Positions 18,701 through 27,663 of a stretch of DNA of 64,000 nucleotides are shown in pieces. Source of the DNA: Candidatus Thalassarchaeaceae archaeon. GTDB lineage: Archaea; Thermoplasmatota; Poseidoniia; MGIII; CG-Epi1. The stretch is taken from the NCBI GenBank assembly GCA_963577905.1, contig CAUYZR010000001.1, forward strand, positions 66 to 64,065, given 5' to 3'. The notes beneath the pieces are model-generated. The model saw only the letters and a program-made list of their open reading frames with translations. It was not told the DNA's origin and ran no database searches. Each line of letters begins with the position of its first letter. The stretch's first letter is position 1. Both the position numbers and the translations under genes were made by a program.

Positions 18701-21049
18701 AGCTTCCTCGAGCATTGGGAATGAATCAACTTGATTGATTGCTTCTAGTACCTGAGAGGTCCTTAGTTGCTGTCTGGGCATCGATATTTCACGCCCTTTG
18801 TAGTTGCGTAGCACCATGAATGAGCGGTTGGCACAGTGGCGAAAGCGCTGAGCAAATACTTCGGTGTTTTTGATTGCCTTTCTGAGCAGAGGTTCAAGGT
18901 CCTTGGGCATCAGCCTGTCCGCCAAACCTTCGATTGCTAATCTGCTAGGAAAGGTCAGCAGGAATGCATCATCGCTCAACGAGATTCTTATGCTACTTCC
19001 TATTTCTTTTCCAAGTTGATAGGCAAAGGCTCTGGAAAGGGCATCATTGACCCTCCTTCCGAACGGGAAATGAAAAATCGCTCCGTTGCGTCCCCTATTG
19101 TCAATATATCCCTCGACCATCAATCTCTTATCAGAGGGTACAAATCCACAAATCTTCTTTTGTTCATCAAGGTGGGAGATTATTGTTTTAGCAGCTCCCT
19201 GATCCAGTCTAAAATCCTCTTCCAACCACTTGATTATTTCTTGTTCAGGCTTCTCAAGCTTCTCCTCCATTTCTGCCCTGAATCTTCCTACAGCCTCAGA
19301 CAGGTCAAAAGAGCGAGGTAACATTTCTCCAGACCATGATGGAACAGTAGGTTTCCTACCTAGACCATCCTTTACTATAACGGTAGATCTCTTTGTCTCT
19401 ATGAATTGATATGTTCTTCCACCTAATACAAATATGTCATTCCTCGAAAGATTCTCAACGAACTTTTCCGATAAATTACCTAATTGTATGCCTCTCCCCT
19501 CAAGTACGACAGCATAATTGATTTCTTGGGGGATTGTACCAATATTCATGTTGTAGATTTGTCGCACCCCTCTTTTGATACCAATCTCTTTTGATTTCTT
19601 ATCATACCATATTTTAGGATAGACTCCGTGATTCTCTAGTGCATCCCCTCCCAGAAAATCAAGAACCTCAAGGAACTCATGCTTGGATAGGTTGCGGTAT
19701 GGATATGCCGATCTCACAAGCTCATACATTTCGTCACTATCCCATTTGCGGTCTAGGGACATTCCAATGATAGATTGGGCCAGCACGTCGGTGGCATTTT
19801 CAGGAATAGAAACTCGATCTATTTGCCCTTCGTATGCAGATCTGACTAGGACTGCACATTCGATTAGGTCATCAGAATCAAATACAACCAATCTTCCTTT
19901 GGAAATTTCACTTAGGGCATGTCCGGCCCTCCCAATTCGTTGGAGTCCTTTAGCGATTGATTTAGGTGATCCTATTTGGACAACAAGATCAACGTACCCG
20001 ATGTCAATTCCTAACTCCAGGCTTGTCGATGAAATCACGACATCCATTTCACCGGCTTTGAGTTTCTCTTCCACATCCAGTCTCATTTCTTTGGACAAAG
20101 AACCATGGTGTGCTGCCAATTTCTCTATACCTCTCTCTTTCAATTGCATGGAAATTGATTCAGTTCCAGCTCTGGTGTTGGTGAAGATCAGGGTAGTCCT
20201 ATGGTCATTGACCAGATCAACCAGCAGGTCGTACATTTTTGAATTAATCACTTCTGTAGAGTGAAGGGTTAGATTGTCGACAGGACAGATAACCCTTAGA
20301 TCCAGATGTTTTCTTTCTTTAACATCCACGATGTTCACAAGCCTAGGTTTTCCGTTTTTGTACCCGCCCAGAAAACCAGCTATATCCTCGATTGGGGCCT
20401 GTGTCGCAGATAAGCCGATTCTTACAGGATCTCCATCAATAATCTGTGCCAGCCTCTCTACCGAAAGGGAAAGGTGAGTTCCTCTCTTGTTATTGGCTAG
20501 ATCATGTATCTCATCCAGTATGATGTATCTTGTTTTTCTGAAGTGGGCCCTGAATTTTTTTGATGATAAAAGGAGGCCTAGGCTTTCAGGGGTGGTGATG
20601 AGGATGTGAGGTGGTTTTCTTACCATTCTTGCCCTCTCCTTGAGCGAGGTATCACCAGATCTAACAGCTACCTTAATTTCGGGAATATCCACTTTTCCCT
20701 TAGCTGCCAGTTCAATCATCTCATCCAAAGGTTGTTTGAGATTTCTATCAATATCATTCGCCAATGCTTTCAGAGGAGAGATGTAGATGGCGTGCACTCC
20801 TGTTTCTAGGTCACCATCCTTGTGTATTCTAAAAAAGTCATTTAATATGCTGAGAAAAGCGGTAAGGGTCTTTCCTGAGCCGGTGGGACTTGAGACCAGC
20901 ACGTTTTCTTTTTTAGAGATTAATGGGACAGCCATTGCCTGCGGTGGTGTCAGGTCTTCAAATTTATCATTGAACCATTTCCGAACAAGTGGTTCGAATC
21001 CACCCAGTACTTCTTCTTTACTACTTTTATCAGTAATGTAATTTACCAT
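15713..21049 (-). CDS. lhr: Lhr-type large SF2 DEAD/DEAH helicase with a long (about 900 aa) C-terminal extension rich in winged-helix-like segments
   Basis: Walker A SSPTGSGKTLTAF, DEIH box (ILDEIHDLANNKRG) and helicase C motifs in the first about 850 aa, matching the Lhr core order. The track ORF extends to 21160, so the start was trimmed to MVNYITDK to match the spacing upstream of GSGKT in Lhr and to avoid the tRNA/promoter region. Confidence 0.75.
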   Translation of the reverse strand: MVNYITDKSSKEEVLGGFEPLVRKWFNDKFEDLTPPQAMAVPLISKKENVLVSSPTGSGKTLTAFLSILNDFFRIHKDGDLETGVHAIYISPLKALANDIDRNLKQPLDEMIELAAKGKVDIPEIKVAVRSGDTSLKERARMVRKPPHILITTPESLGLLLSSKKFRAHFRKTRYIILDEIHDLANNKRGTHLSLSVERLAQIIDGDPVRIGLSATQAPIEDIAGFLGGYKNGKPRLVNIVDVKERKHLDLRVICPVDNLTLHSTEVINSKMYDLLVDLVNDHRTTLIFTNTRAGTESISMQLKERGIEKLAAHHGSLSKEMRLDVEEKLKAGEMDVVISSTSLELGIDIGYVDLVVQIGSPKSIAKGLQRIGRAGHALSEISKGRLVVFDSDDLIECAVLVRSAYEGQIDRVSIPENATDVLAQSIIGMSLDRKWDSDEMYELVRSAYPYRNLSKHEFLEVLDFLGGDALENHGVYPKIWYDKKSKEIGIKRGVRQIYNMNIGTIPQEINYAVVLEGRGIQLGNLSEKFVENLSRNDIFVLGGRTYQFIETKRSTVIVKDGLGRKPTVPSWSGEMLPRSFDLSEAVGRFRAEMEEKLEKPEQEIIKWLEEDFRLDQGAAKTIISHLDEQKKICGFVPSDKRLMVEGYIDNRGRNGAIFHFPFGRRVNDALSRAFAYQLGKEIGSSIRISLSDDAFLLTFPSRLAIEGLADRLMPKDLEPLLRKAIKNTEVFAQRFRHCANRSFMVLRNYKGREISMPRQQLRTSQVLEAINQVDSFPMLEEAYREILYDAFDISNAQLILDEIESGKRSIEYRNYAPVPSPFSHSLILSGLSDIVLMEDRSALLRELHAQVLGRVLEQGDGDKPRFEKELIDSHFNEKKPIVGTKEGAIQAIRQIGGIYLLNDKGKSIYRMSDIIATEMQELCHEMIDEKIVESVWTGEKEPLYVTPELIPYYRTAYGSDEKLSKEAEKVYNKLKGLKAIKSKKISDELERNYLVCRMVDGFIKRKIEKNASYEKALDYLITKHIGFVGPRAVEEIALELRLPEEVISQSLYDLEEQGTIQGGNFVLGQSTPQYLMAEDVIYLEAQSHGDIDVVPDRILREFIDYKLFKKFSSLQTLFDQHSDVASPRTAFHRLDNPDLEEWWEWRDSDAILQGRFSGGKLRYVPANKVGMYQALFRKEPEGKIQSLIVDMLKRSPPVTKSEITKELELKPEMVHGALRILEEKLMIHRYNRNRNPWTTHNRYRLLTEYESPEEPEKKLVIDQLRGIGPLTFAELRRECGMPLNVTRSILNQLQEENIVSRLVVVGATRLFTYCLTEEVENIKKTEEKKVTRVISWRDPLLTHVRREMYAQYGEAWTHPVVSGGMVAGYMEAWAMSGLLDIREVVLNEVLEIEEFLDALDEFATYQENFHSNIIRVKAFAGTRIEELDATIIKKFESKGYQRIREWLVKGPVINQSYQKREIYGYLLWKQRIHPERRFRNAMEAFNKMGGIRSEYELSLRIQGRFFHPRDYGNEMEIVQGVMIPGYSTYCTVRDAIIYRDARNIVSEPEDRRLLALAIDSKGLPREELYRRSGMDPDSFKRSLSRLYQSLNLVRTTRGNYRTLPVNRIYEADEAKLKVVKRLILSFGIISAEDLGMLLKGEIPMAELRKILSGLEEEGILVKGFLKEGSETLYWIISEDLERVKGHLFQGSFVLTQADRLSHYLSQEAKQKFGLGACNVIFSSTRMTGAFKMSKRGKDVVITEFKGGNQERHVIEAWCRQWRMNLEWELKSDEKVEI

Positions 21050-21166
21050 GTTTTTCGAAACGTTATCTGCCGCAGAATAGCGAAGGGTGTAATAGATTAT
21101 GGGTCTCACCTCAAACCCAATAAAATGTGATAAACTCTTTTTAGGCCCCTTCGGTCGCAAAAAAGA

Positions 21167-21241
21167 GCCACCGTGGCTAAGGGGTATAGCGGTGCCTTGG
21201 TAAGGCGCAGGTCGTGGGTTCGATTCCCACCGGTGGCTCCA
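21167..21241 (+). tRNA. tRNA-Thr (anticodon GGT), 3' CCA encoded
   Basis: Acceptor GCCACCG/CGGTGGC, anticodon stem GTGCC/GGCGC with loop TTGGTAA, T-arm GTGGG-TTCGATT-CCCAC, discriminator T then CCA. Confidence 0.8.
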
Positions 21242-21826
21242 TTATTCTACATAGTAGGCCATATGCCCTTTAGCCCATTTTGTAATATCCACAGCATCCA
21301 CTTTTTTGAATCTGGATTCCATTTTTCTTTCAGAGTCCCGGAAGACTTCATTATCTTTTCCTGGTGAAGACCTAGATTTTAGCATAAGAAATCCACATTT
21401 CGGCCCAAAAAAATCATAGTTCCGGATGAATATTTCGACTTGGTCTCTTTGAGCAACGTCCTGATACAAGATATCCGGAATGCCGGTATGAGGGCTATAT
21501 TTTTTTGGAAGCTGGGCATCACCTAGGAATGGAATTATGTTCCTTCTTTTCTCAACAAGGACAAGTAGCTCAGCCATTGCTACTGATGAGATATCAACTC
21601 CGATTATTCGGCCCCCATGACATATATGGCTCAAGAAACTAACAGTATTACCCTCTGCAGCCCCCAGATAGAGAATATTGCTCTTTTCTTCAAAAGGCCA
21701 TTCTGGTCCACCAGCTAGAACATATGCCGAAAGTTTGGAGTGATAAGGATTCCAGCTAATCCATTTCTTATTCTTCTTGAGTTCTAAAAAGCCTTTTTTT
21801 TTTCTTAAGTAATCAGGTAATACCAT
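21242..21826 (-). CDS. flpA: Fibrillarin-like rRNA/tRNA 2'-O-methyltransferase (short N-terminus)
   Basis: WNPYHSKLSAYVL, ILYLGAAEGNTVSFLSHI, IIPFLGDAQLP and DILYQDVAQRDQ match the fibrillarin signature blocks (WNPxRSKLAA, VLYLGAASGTT, NIIPIIEDAR, DVAQPDQ). 194 aa, against about 230 typical. Confidence 0.85.
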   Translation of the reverse strand: MVLPDYLRKKKGFLELKKNKKWISWNPYHSKLSAYVLAGGPEWPFEEKSNILYLGAAEGNTVSFLSHICHGGRIIGVDISSVAMAELLVLVEKRRNIIPFLGDAQLPKKYSPHTGIPDILYQDVAQRDQVEIFIRNYDFFGPKCGFLMLKSRSSPGKDNEVFRDSERKMESRFKKVDAVDITKWAKGHMAYYVE

Positions 21827-21829
21827 GAA

Positions 21830-23896
21830 TTAGGCAAGTCCCTGTTTTTCAGCTTCGATTGCATCTTTTATTCCAGGATCGACAATTCCAGTCCATGGTT
21901 CAGCACCTATTATATTTGAGGAATCTATTCCTTCTACCCAGAGTTCAATACCCTCAAAGCTGCTTCGTGTACCTTCAGGAACTGTGAATTTGTATTTGGT
22001 CGATTCGGTGGTTGGCAGTCCGATGGACCAGACAACCTGATTTCCTTCTCTCTTACCAGGTCTGGGTTCAGCATCCTTGATCTCATGTCCTAGAACTTCA
22101 GCCCTGAGCTTGAAATTAGCTGATCTCAAGCGATAATTTATTATCTTTATTTCAACCTCGATTTGGCCATTGTTGAATTCAATTTCTTCCTCGATCCAGA
22201 CCACGTCCATGATAGCTGCAACAACCTTGTCCAGATTTGGAACAGGCTGCCCAACGATACTTGATGCCTTTTCCGCGATTGCCGGCAATATTTTTTGTAC
22301 CAAGTCAAATTTTTCAGTTACTTTTTCCCTCTTTTTCTGTTTTTTCAGGTGTCTTGACAGTGTCTTTGCATTGTTACGTAGAGCTAATTTAATTTCTTTT
22401 TTGATTTCACTTATATCTGCAACTGCCTCTTTGGCCTCGGAAGTGAATGGGATGTTCGTTGATGCTACGTGTACCAGGATTATGGCAGGTCCATTCGGAG
22501 TGCCTTTGCCAGCTCTTTGTTCCAAACCATACTGTCTCCAATTTATGCCCTGTATAGCCTTGGTGATGGCACAACCACCGGCCTGATAAAGCAATGGAAC
22601 TCGGTTGGCAAATCGGAGGATCTGAACTGGCTGATCCTTAGGAAGATTACCTCCGTAAACCATTCCGACCTCCACTAGGAAGGGAGTTCCCGAAAATACG
22701 GATGGAGTACGGCTAATCGGTAGCGTGTAAAAATCAGGTCGATATTCATCCAGTACCTGCTTCAGTCCTAGTTTGATCAGTTTCGGTCCAATTGGGACTA
22801 GAACTCCACTCGTCGGAGTCCGGATCGAGGTTGTTTTGAAAGCATCTATCATTCCCTTCGCCTCAATTCTAGTGATATCCTGTGGCCTAACAATAGAGGA
22901 TAGTCTTGCTTTTTCCAGTACGCCACTAATGCTCTTTGAACCCATGGATGACAAATCATTGCGCAGAAATCGAGCCATCTGGTGTTCTGAACTGTGATGA
23001 GCCATACGTATCAGCTGGCCCAACTCTACACCATGTGGATGCGGCTTTACACCTTCACTGGGTAGTTTTGGATTTTCCTGACTAACCCTCTCAAAAATGG
23101 TTGTATTTTTTTCTGGATTGGTAAAAATTATCTTGGCATGGGGATTGACAATAGCAGTTGATTTCAGGTATTCCAAGACAGAAGGCCTTGCTTCCCGATA
23201 TCTTCCCTTGATTGCAAATTCAACCCTTGTACCATGATGCTTCTCAGGATAAATTCCATCCTCATCCGGTTCAGCAACCTCATCTTTCCATACAAAGTCC
23301 TCAGTCCTCTCAACATTGCCTCGGTTATTCCGAGTGTCCAGTTTCATAGTTATACGTATAGCTAAATGCTCCTCTGATATTCGGGTGCTGATAGTAGCAG
23401 ATCTCCCAGTCGTCAGTTGACCGTACATTATTGCAGCCGAGATTCCAATGCCTTGCTGTCCCCTAGATTGCTTACCACTTCCAAAGCGTGAACCATACAA
23501 CAATCTTCCAAAAACATTCGGGACATTCTGCTCTATAATTCCAGGGCCATTATCCTCTATTGCAATGCTTAATTCATCCCTTGCCAGGCTTTCAAGTTCA
23601 ATTTTCAGTTCGGGAAGAATGCCAGCCTGTTCACAAGCATCTAGGCTATTGTCGACCCCTTCCTTGACTGCAGTTATCAGGGAATGGGTAGGATTATCAA
23701 AACCCAATATGTGGCGGTTCTGTTCAAAGAACTCAGAGACTGGAATATCACGCTGTTCCTTAGCCAACTGGTGAGCTTTCGTTTTTTTGGCAGTTACCTT
23801 CTTTTTGGCTTCTTTCTTTTCCGATTTAGGGTGCTCTACCTGAGGCTCTTCAGGTTCAATTGTTTCAGTTCCAAATTCAAAGGTCGTTTGACCCAT
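21830..23896 (-). CDS. top6B: DNA topoisomerase VI subunit B (GHKL ATPase)
   Basis: Bergerat-fold motifs AVKEGVDNSLDA, IEDNGPGI and GxxGxG-like GSRFGSGKQSRGQQGIG, plus a transducer region. 688 aa. Confidence 0.85.
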   Translation of the reverse strand: MGQTTFEFGTETIEPEEPQVEHPKSEKKEAKKKVTAKKTKAHQLAKEQRDIPVSEFFEQNRHILGFDNPTHSLITAVKEGVDNSLDACEQAGILPELKIELESLARDELSIAIEDNGPGIIEQNVPNVFGRLLYGSRFGSGKQSRGQQGIGISAAIMYGQLTTGRSATISTRISEEHLAIRITMKLDTRNNRGNVERTEDFVWKDEVAEPDEDGIYPEKHHGTRVEFAIKGRYREARPSVLEYLKSTAIVNPHAKIIFTNPEKNTTIFERVSQENPKLPSEGVKPHPHGVELGQLIRMAHHSSEHQMARFLRNDLSSMGSKSISGVLEKARLSSIVRPQDITRIEAKGMIDAFKTTSIRTPTSGVLVPIGPKLIKLGLKQVLDEYRPDFYTLPISRTPSVFSGTPFLVEVGMVYGGNLPKDQPVQILRFANRVPLLYQAGGCAITKAIQGINWRQYGLEQRAGKGTPNGPAIILVHVASTNIPFTSEAKEAVADISEIKKEIKLALRNNAKTLSRHLKKQKKREKVTEKFDLVQKILPAIAEKASSIVGQPVPNLDKVVAAIMDVVWIEEEIEFNNGQIEVEIKIINYRLRSANFKLRAEVLGHEIKDAEPRPGKREGNQVVWSIGLPTTESTKYKFTVPEGTRSSFEGIELWVEGIDSSNIIGAEPWTGIVDPGIKDAIEAEKQGLA

Positions 23897-23937
23897 TCAA
23901 TGGTTATAAGTGCCAATAATTAAGCAGACTCCCCAAG

Positions 23938-24387
23938 TTAGAGGAAGTTAATCTTACAGAATCTCGATTTTGGAATCTGGTTCTTGATCAGACTTCCATT
24001 CCAGTGCCCACATCCTAGAACTCGGTCTTTGTGCCTCACCATTACGAAACCCGGGACCACGTCTAATCCGCGTTCAGGGGCCAGGTCTTTCCCGCTGCAA
24101 TAGCTGATGGTCTCATTACCATCAAGTTCAATAATATTTTTTGTAACGTACTTTCCAAATAGTTGTAGAAAGTTGGTTGTCGGTTTGGGCGTTTTGTCCA
24201 GACGAAAAACGCATAGTCCAATACTTTCGGGTTTAATTCTTTTTAATTCTTCAGGACCGATGTAGATTCTATTCTTTGAGCCTACGTACCATCGGTAGTT
24301 TTCTAATTTCTCTTGATTGATTCCAAAACGCTCCAGACAATATTCTTGAATTAAACTGATTCGTTCAGAATCAAGTATTCTCAACAT
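23938..24387 (-). CDS. PUA-domain protein (Nip7-like partner of the Nop2/Sun methyltransferase)
   Basis: C-terminal PUA-like segment GKDLAPERGLDVVPGFVMVRHKDRVLGCGHWNGSLIKN. 7-nt overlap with the upstream Nsun gene. Confidence 0.45.
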   Translation of the reverse strand: MLRILDSERISLIQEYCLERFGINQEKLENYRWYVGSKNRIYIGPEELKRIKPESIGLCVFRLDKTPKPTTNFLQLFGKYVTKNIIELDGNETISYCSGKDLAPERGLDVVPGFVMVRHKDRVLGCGHWNGSLIKNQIPKSRFCKINFL

Positions 24388-25301
24388 TTTTCCAACCTCG
24401 TAACAAAGAAGGCATCGGTGTCATTATGGTGAGGCCAGATTCTCATACACTTTTCTACTTCTTTGTTATATCGTTTCCCATTCCACTCAGTTATGCCGGG
24501 ACTAGTTTTTAGACCGTTTATCCCAATATTTTCTACTTTGACTGGCTGATTATCAATAATCTCACTGATTACCCTCTCGTTTTCTTCAGGAGAAAAGGTG
24601 CAGGTTGAATACACAATCGTACTTCCGGAAGGTGCCATTTCGCAGGCCTTGTTCAATAGGCCTTTCTGAAGTTTGGTAAAACGCTTATAATCTTTTTCTG
24701 TCCACATTCTGGCAACAGCATTCTTCTTGCGTATCGTGCCTTCTGAGCTACATGACGCATCGACTAGGTACAGGTCGGCTTCCGTATTTGGAAAGGATTT
24801 GAAATCTCTAAGTGTAACGGTAGCATTTGTTACACCTAGTCTATCCAGATTTCCTCTCAATGATTTCAATCGAGTATGTCTTGAATCATTTGCTATTATG
24901 TGGCCCTGATTCTGCATCATATCAGCTATCTGGGTTGTTTTTGAGCCAGGGGCAGCACAACAGTCCAGAATAGTGTTGTTGTCAATCACATCTTTTACAA
25001 TCAAGGGAGGAATCATAGAGGTCAATTCCTGAATATAGATCTGGCCGACAAAGTGTTCTAGACTGCTACCCAGATTATTCAGTTGGGATACATATGCGTT
25101 ATCATTCCATGGAACTTCTGTTATTTCAGAATCATAATTCTTGAGTTGTTCCAGTATATTCTCTTTATCTCCCTTGAGAGTGTTAATTCGGAATGATTGT
25201 TTGAGTGGTTTGTGGATAGCTTCTGCGAATTCCAATGGATTATCTACTAAAACACTGTAGCGTTCAATGATTCCTTGACGTATCGTCTGAAACGGTTCCA
25301 T
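24381..25301 (-). CDS. Nop2/Sun (NSUN) family RNA cytosine-C5 methyltransferase
   Basis: SAM motif DCCAAPGSKTTQIADMM, the catalytic pair (DASCSSEG and TCTFSPEENE) and a Rossmann order typical of RsmB/Nop2. Confidence 0.8.
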   Translation of the reverse strand: MEPFQTIRQGIIERYSVLVDNPLEFAEAIHKPLKQSFRINTLKGDKENILEQLKNYDSEITEVPWNDNAYVSQLNNLGSSLEHFVGQIYIQELTSMIPPLIVKDVIDNNTILDCCAAPGSKTTQIADMMQNQGHIIANDSRHTRLKSLRGNLDRLGVTNATVTLRDFKSFPNTEADLYLVDASCSSEGTIRKKNAVARMWTEKDYKRFTKLQKGLLNKACEMAPSGSTIVYSTCTFSPEENERVISEIIDNQPVKVENIGINGLKTSPGITEWNGKRYNKEVEKCMRIWPHHNDTDAFFVTRLEKC

Positions 25302-25303
25302 AC

Positions 25304-26617
25304 CTAAGCCCTTATCACGCGGGCTTTTGGATTTTTCACGGTTGCCATTATGTTTCTGGTATCTACTATCAATTTGGCATATTTTCCCAGTGCAGGGTAG
25401 TCAATACTGGTGTGATCGGTGGTTATTACAATTGCATCTTGTTCTTCTATGGTATTCTTCGTTAAATCTAGATTCTTTAGCGAACTCACATTTTCCACAT
25501 AAGGATCATGGTAGTTGATTTTGCCTCCTTTATGTTTAAGCAGATCCATTATTCTTAAAGCAGGTGATTCTCTAACATCGTCGATGTCTTTTTTGTAGGC
25601 CACCCCTACGATTAGAATTTTACTACCCCTAATGCTCTTCTTATCATCGTTTAATGCCCTTCCAATACGGTGAGCTATATGTTCAGTCATTTTCCGATTA
25701 ATCTCACCAGCTAATTCGATAAACTTTGTCTCAATATTGTATTCCTTTGCCTTCCATGAAAGATAGAAAGGGTCAATAGGGATGCAATGCCCTCCCATTC
25801 CAGGTCCCGGATAAAATGGCATAAAGCCAAACGGTTTGGTCTTGGCAGCATCAATTACTTCCCAAATATTAACTCCCATTCGACTAAAGACCAGTTTCAA
25901 CTCATTTACCATTGCTATGTTTACAGCTCTGAAAATATTCTCCATCAATTTTGTTGCCTCAGCAGTTTCTAGTGAGCTAACTTCAACGGTTTCTGAGACG
26001 ATGTTCTTGTACAAGTCGCTGGTTAACTGGAGACAGTCATCAGTCAAACCTCCCATTACTTTTGGTATCGCCGAAACGGAAAATTCCTTGTTTCCAGGAT
26101 CTTCCCTCTCTGGTGAATAAGCTAGAAAGAAATCTTTTCCAGCCTTCAGTTTGGATTTTTCTAGGATGGGTTTGACAATCTCCCTAGTTGTGCCAGGATA
26201 TGTGGTTGATTCAAGTACAATCAATTGTCCTTTTTTCAAGTTTTTACCGATTTCTTTAGATGCGCTTTCGATATAACTCATGTCAGGCTGTTCATGCACA
26301 TCAAGAGGAGTAGGTACGCAAATTATCAGGCAATCCATATTCCCGGTTTCTGAAAATTTATTTGTAGAAGATCCATTATTTTTCTTCACAAATTCTTTCA
26401 TCGATTTGGCAGGAATATGTTTAATCACCTGTTTTCCAGAATTGATATCTTTTACTCGTGCTGAATCGTTATCAAAACCAGTTACAGAGAATCCAGTTCC
26501 AGCAAATTCTAATCCTAGAGGGATTCCAACATAGCCCATTCCAATAATCCCAATCTTGGCTTTTTTGTCCTTGATTTTCTTCTCAAGTTCATCAATCAGG
26601 CCACTCATTATAGTCAA
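25304..26617 (-). CDS. Nucleotide-sugar 6-dehydrogenase (UDP-glucose/UDP-ManNAc dehydrogenase family)
   Basis: N-terminal NAD-binding KIGIIGMGYVGIPLGLEFA, catalytic Cys region PGPGMGGHCIPIDP, about 437 aa. Confidence 0.8.
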   Translation of the reverse strand: MTIMSGLIDELEKKIKDKKAKIGIIGMGYVGIPLGLEFAGTGFSVTGFDNDSARVKDINSGKQVIKHIPAKSMKEFVKKNNGSSTNKFSETGNMDCLIICVPTPLDVHEQPDMSYIESASKEIGKNLKKGQLIVLESTTYPGTTREIVKPILEKSKLKAGKDFFLAYSPEREDPGNKEFSVSAIPKVMGGLTDDCLQLTSDLYKNIVSETVEVSSLETAEATKLMENIFRAVNIAMVNELKLVFSRMGVNIWEVIDAAKTKPFGFMPFYPGPGMGGHCIPIDPFYLSWKAKEYNIETKFIELAGEINRKMTEHIAHRIGRALNDDKKSIRGSKILIVGVAYKKDIDDVRESPALRIMDLLKHKGGKINYHDPYVENVSSLKNLDLTKNTIEEQDAIVITTDHTSIDYPALGKYAKLIVDTRNIMATVKNPKARVIRA

Positions 26618-26643
26618 TCTACAAGACAGGGGTATAAATTACG

Positions 26644-27663
26644 TTATATTTCAGTCATCCATCCGAATTCGTCTTTTCCAGTTCCAAACTGAATGGCTGT
26701 TAGTCCGTCATAAAGTTTTTTGGTCATCTTGCCCACCATGCCTCCTGAAAAGATGTGTTCTTTACCTTGATAGTTTATGGATCCTATTGGTGCAATAATC
26801 GCTGCAGTACCTGCACAGAAAACCTCATCTGCTGACAGGGCCTCATTAACACTGATTCGCCTTTCTTCGATCTTTAGGCCCATTTTTTCATGTGCCAGAT
26901 ACAACACTGATTCCCTAGTCACTCCCGGGAGTATGGAACCCGTCAGTTCCGGGGTAATTATCCTGCCGTCAATTATTGCAAAGAAGTTGGCCGCACCGAC
27001 TTCCTCAATGTATTTTTCCTCGGCAGCGTCAAGATAAATCACCTCAGCATACCCCTGCTTCTTTGCTAATCCACTGGGCAGCATCCCAGGTACATAATTT
27101 CCTATTGCCTTCACGCCCCCCGTCCCTTTCAGTGGCGCCCTGTGATAGTCATTGGTAACTATGAGTCTTATTGGCGCCAGCTCTCCTTTGAAGTAAGGAC
27201 CTACTGGGCAGACATACACTACAAAGGTATATTCCGTCGACGGTGCGACACCTAACCCAGCCCCGGATCCAAATATAATTGGCCTGACATACAGCGCTCC
27301 CTGTTCGGTGCTGGGGATGTAGTCTGCGTTATCCCTTACCACTTTCTTGGCCGCATCCAGAAACAGATTCGCAGGTATTTCGGGCATAGAAAGTCTGGAA
27401 CAGCCTCTAGCTGCCCTCTCAGCATTCTTTTCCGGTCTGAAGATTACAGTTTTTCCATTATTCCATTTGTAGGCTTTCATACCCTCAAATAGGCCTTGAC
27501 CGTAGTTCAGTACTCCGGCTGCAGGAGATATCCGCAGATCATCAAAAGGAACTATGCTTCCAGATTGCCATTCACCTCCCAATTCACACTTGGCCACGTA
27601 CATCGACCTGGTTTTAGTGAAATTGAAAGTCAGGTTATCAAGGTCGATGTCGTTTGATTTCAA
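26644..27663 (-). CDS. ilvE: Branched-chain amino-acid aminotransferase (fold-type IV PLP enzyme)
   Basis: Long-form BCAT order with VLNYGQGLFEGMKAY, TGGVKAIGNY and EVFCAGTAA. 339 aa. Confidence 0.75.
   Translation of the reverse strand: MKSNDIDLDNLTFNFTKTRSMYVAKCELGGEWQSGSIVPFDDLRISPAAGVLNYGQGLFEGMKAYKWNNGKTVIFRPEKNAERAARGCSRLSMPEIPANLFLDAAKKVVRDNADYIPSTEQGALYVRPIIFGSGAGLGVAPSTEYTFVVYVCPVGPYFKGELAPIRLIVTNDYHRAPLKGTGGVKAIGNYVPGMLPSGLAKKQGYAEVIYLDAAEEKYIEEVGAANFFAIIDGRIITPELTGSILPGVTRESVLYLAHEKMGLKIEERRISVNEALSADEVFCAGTAAIIAPIGSINYQGKEHIFSGGMVGKMTKKLYDGLTAIQFGTGKDEFGWMTEI

Noticed and set aside
21173-21367. 64-aa plus-strand ORF
   Set aside because: It overlaps tRNA-Thr (21167-21241) and the antisense of the fibrillarin gene. 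It is an artefact of the tRNA sequence being open in one frame.
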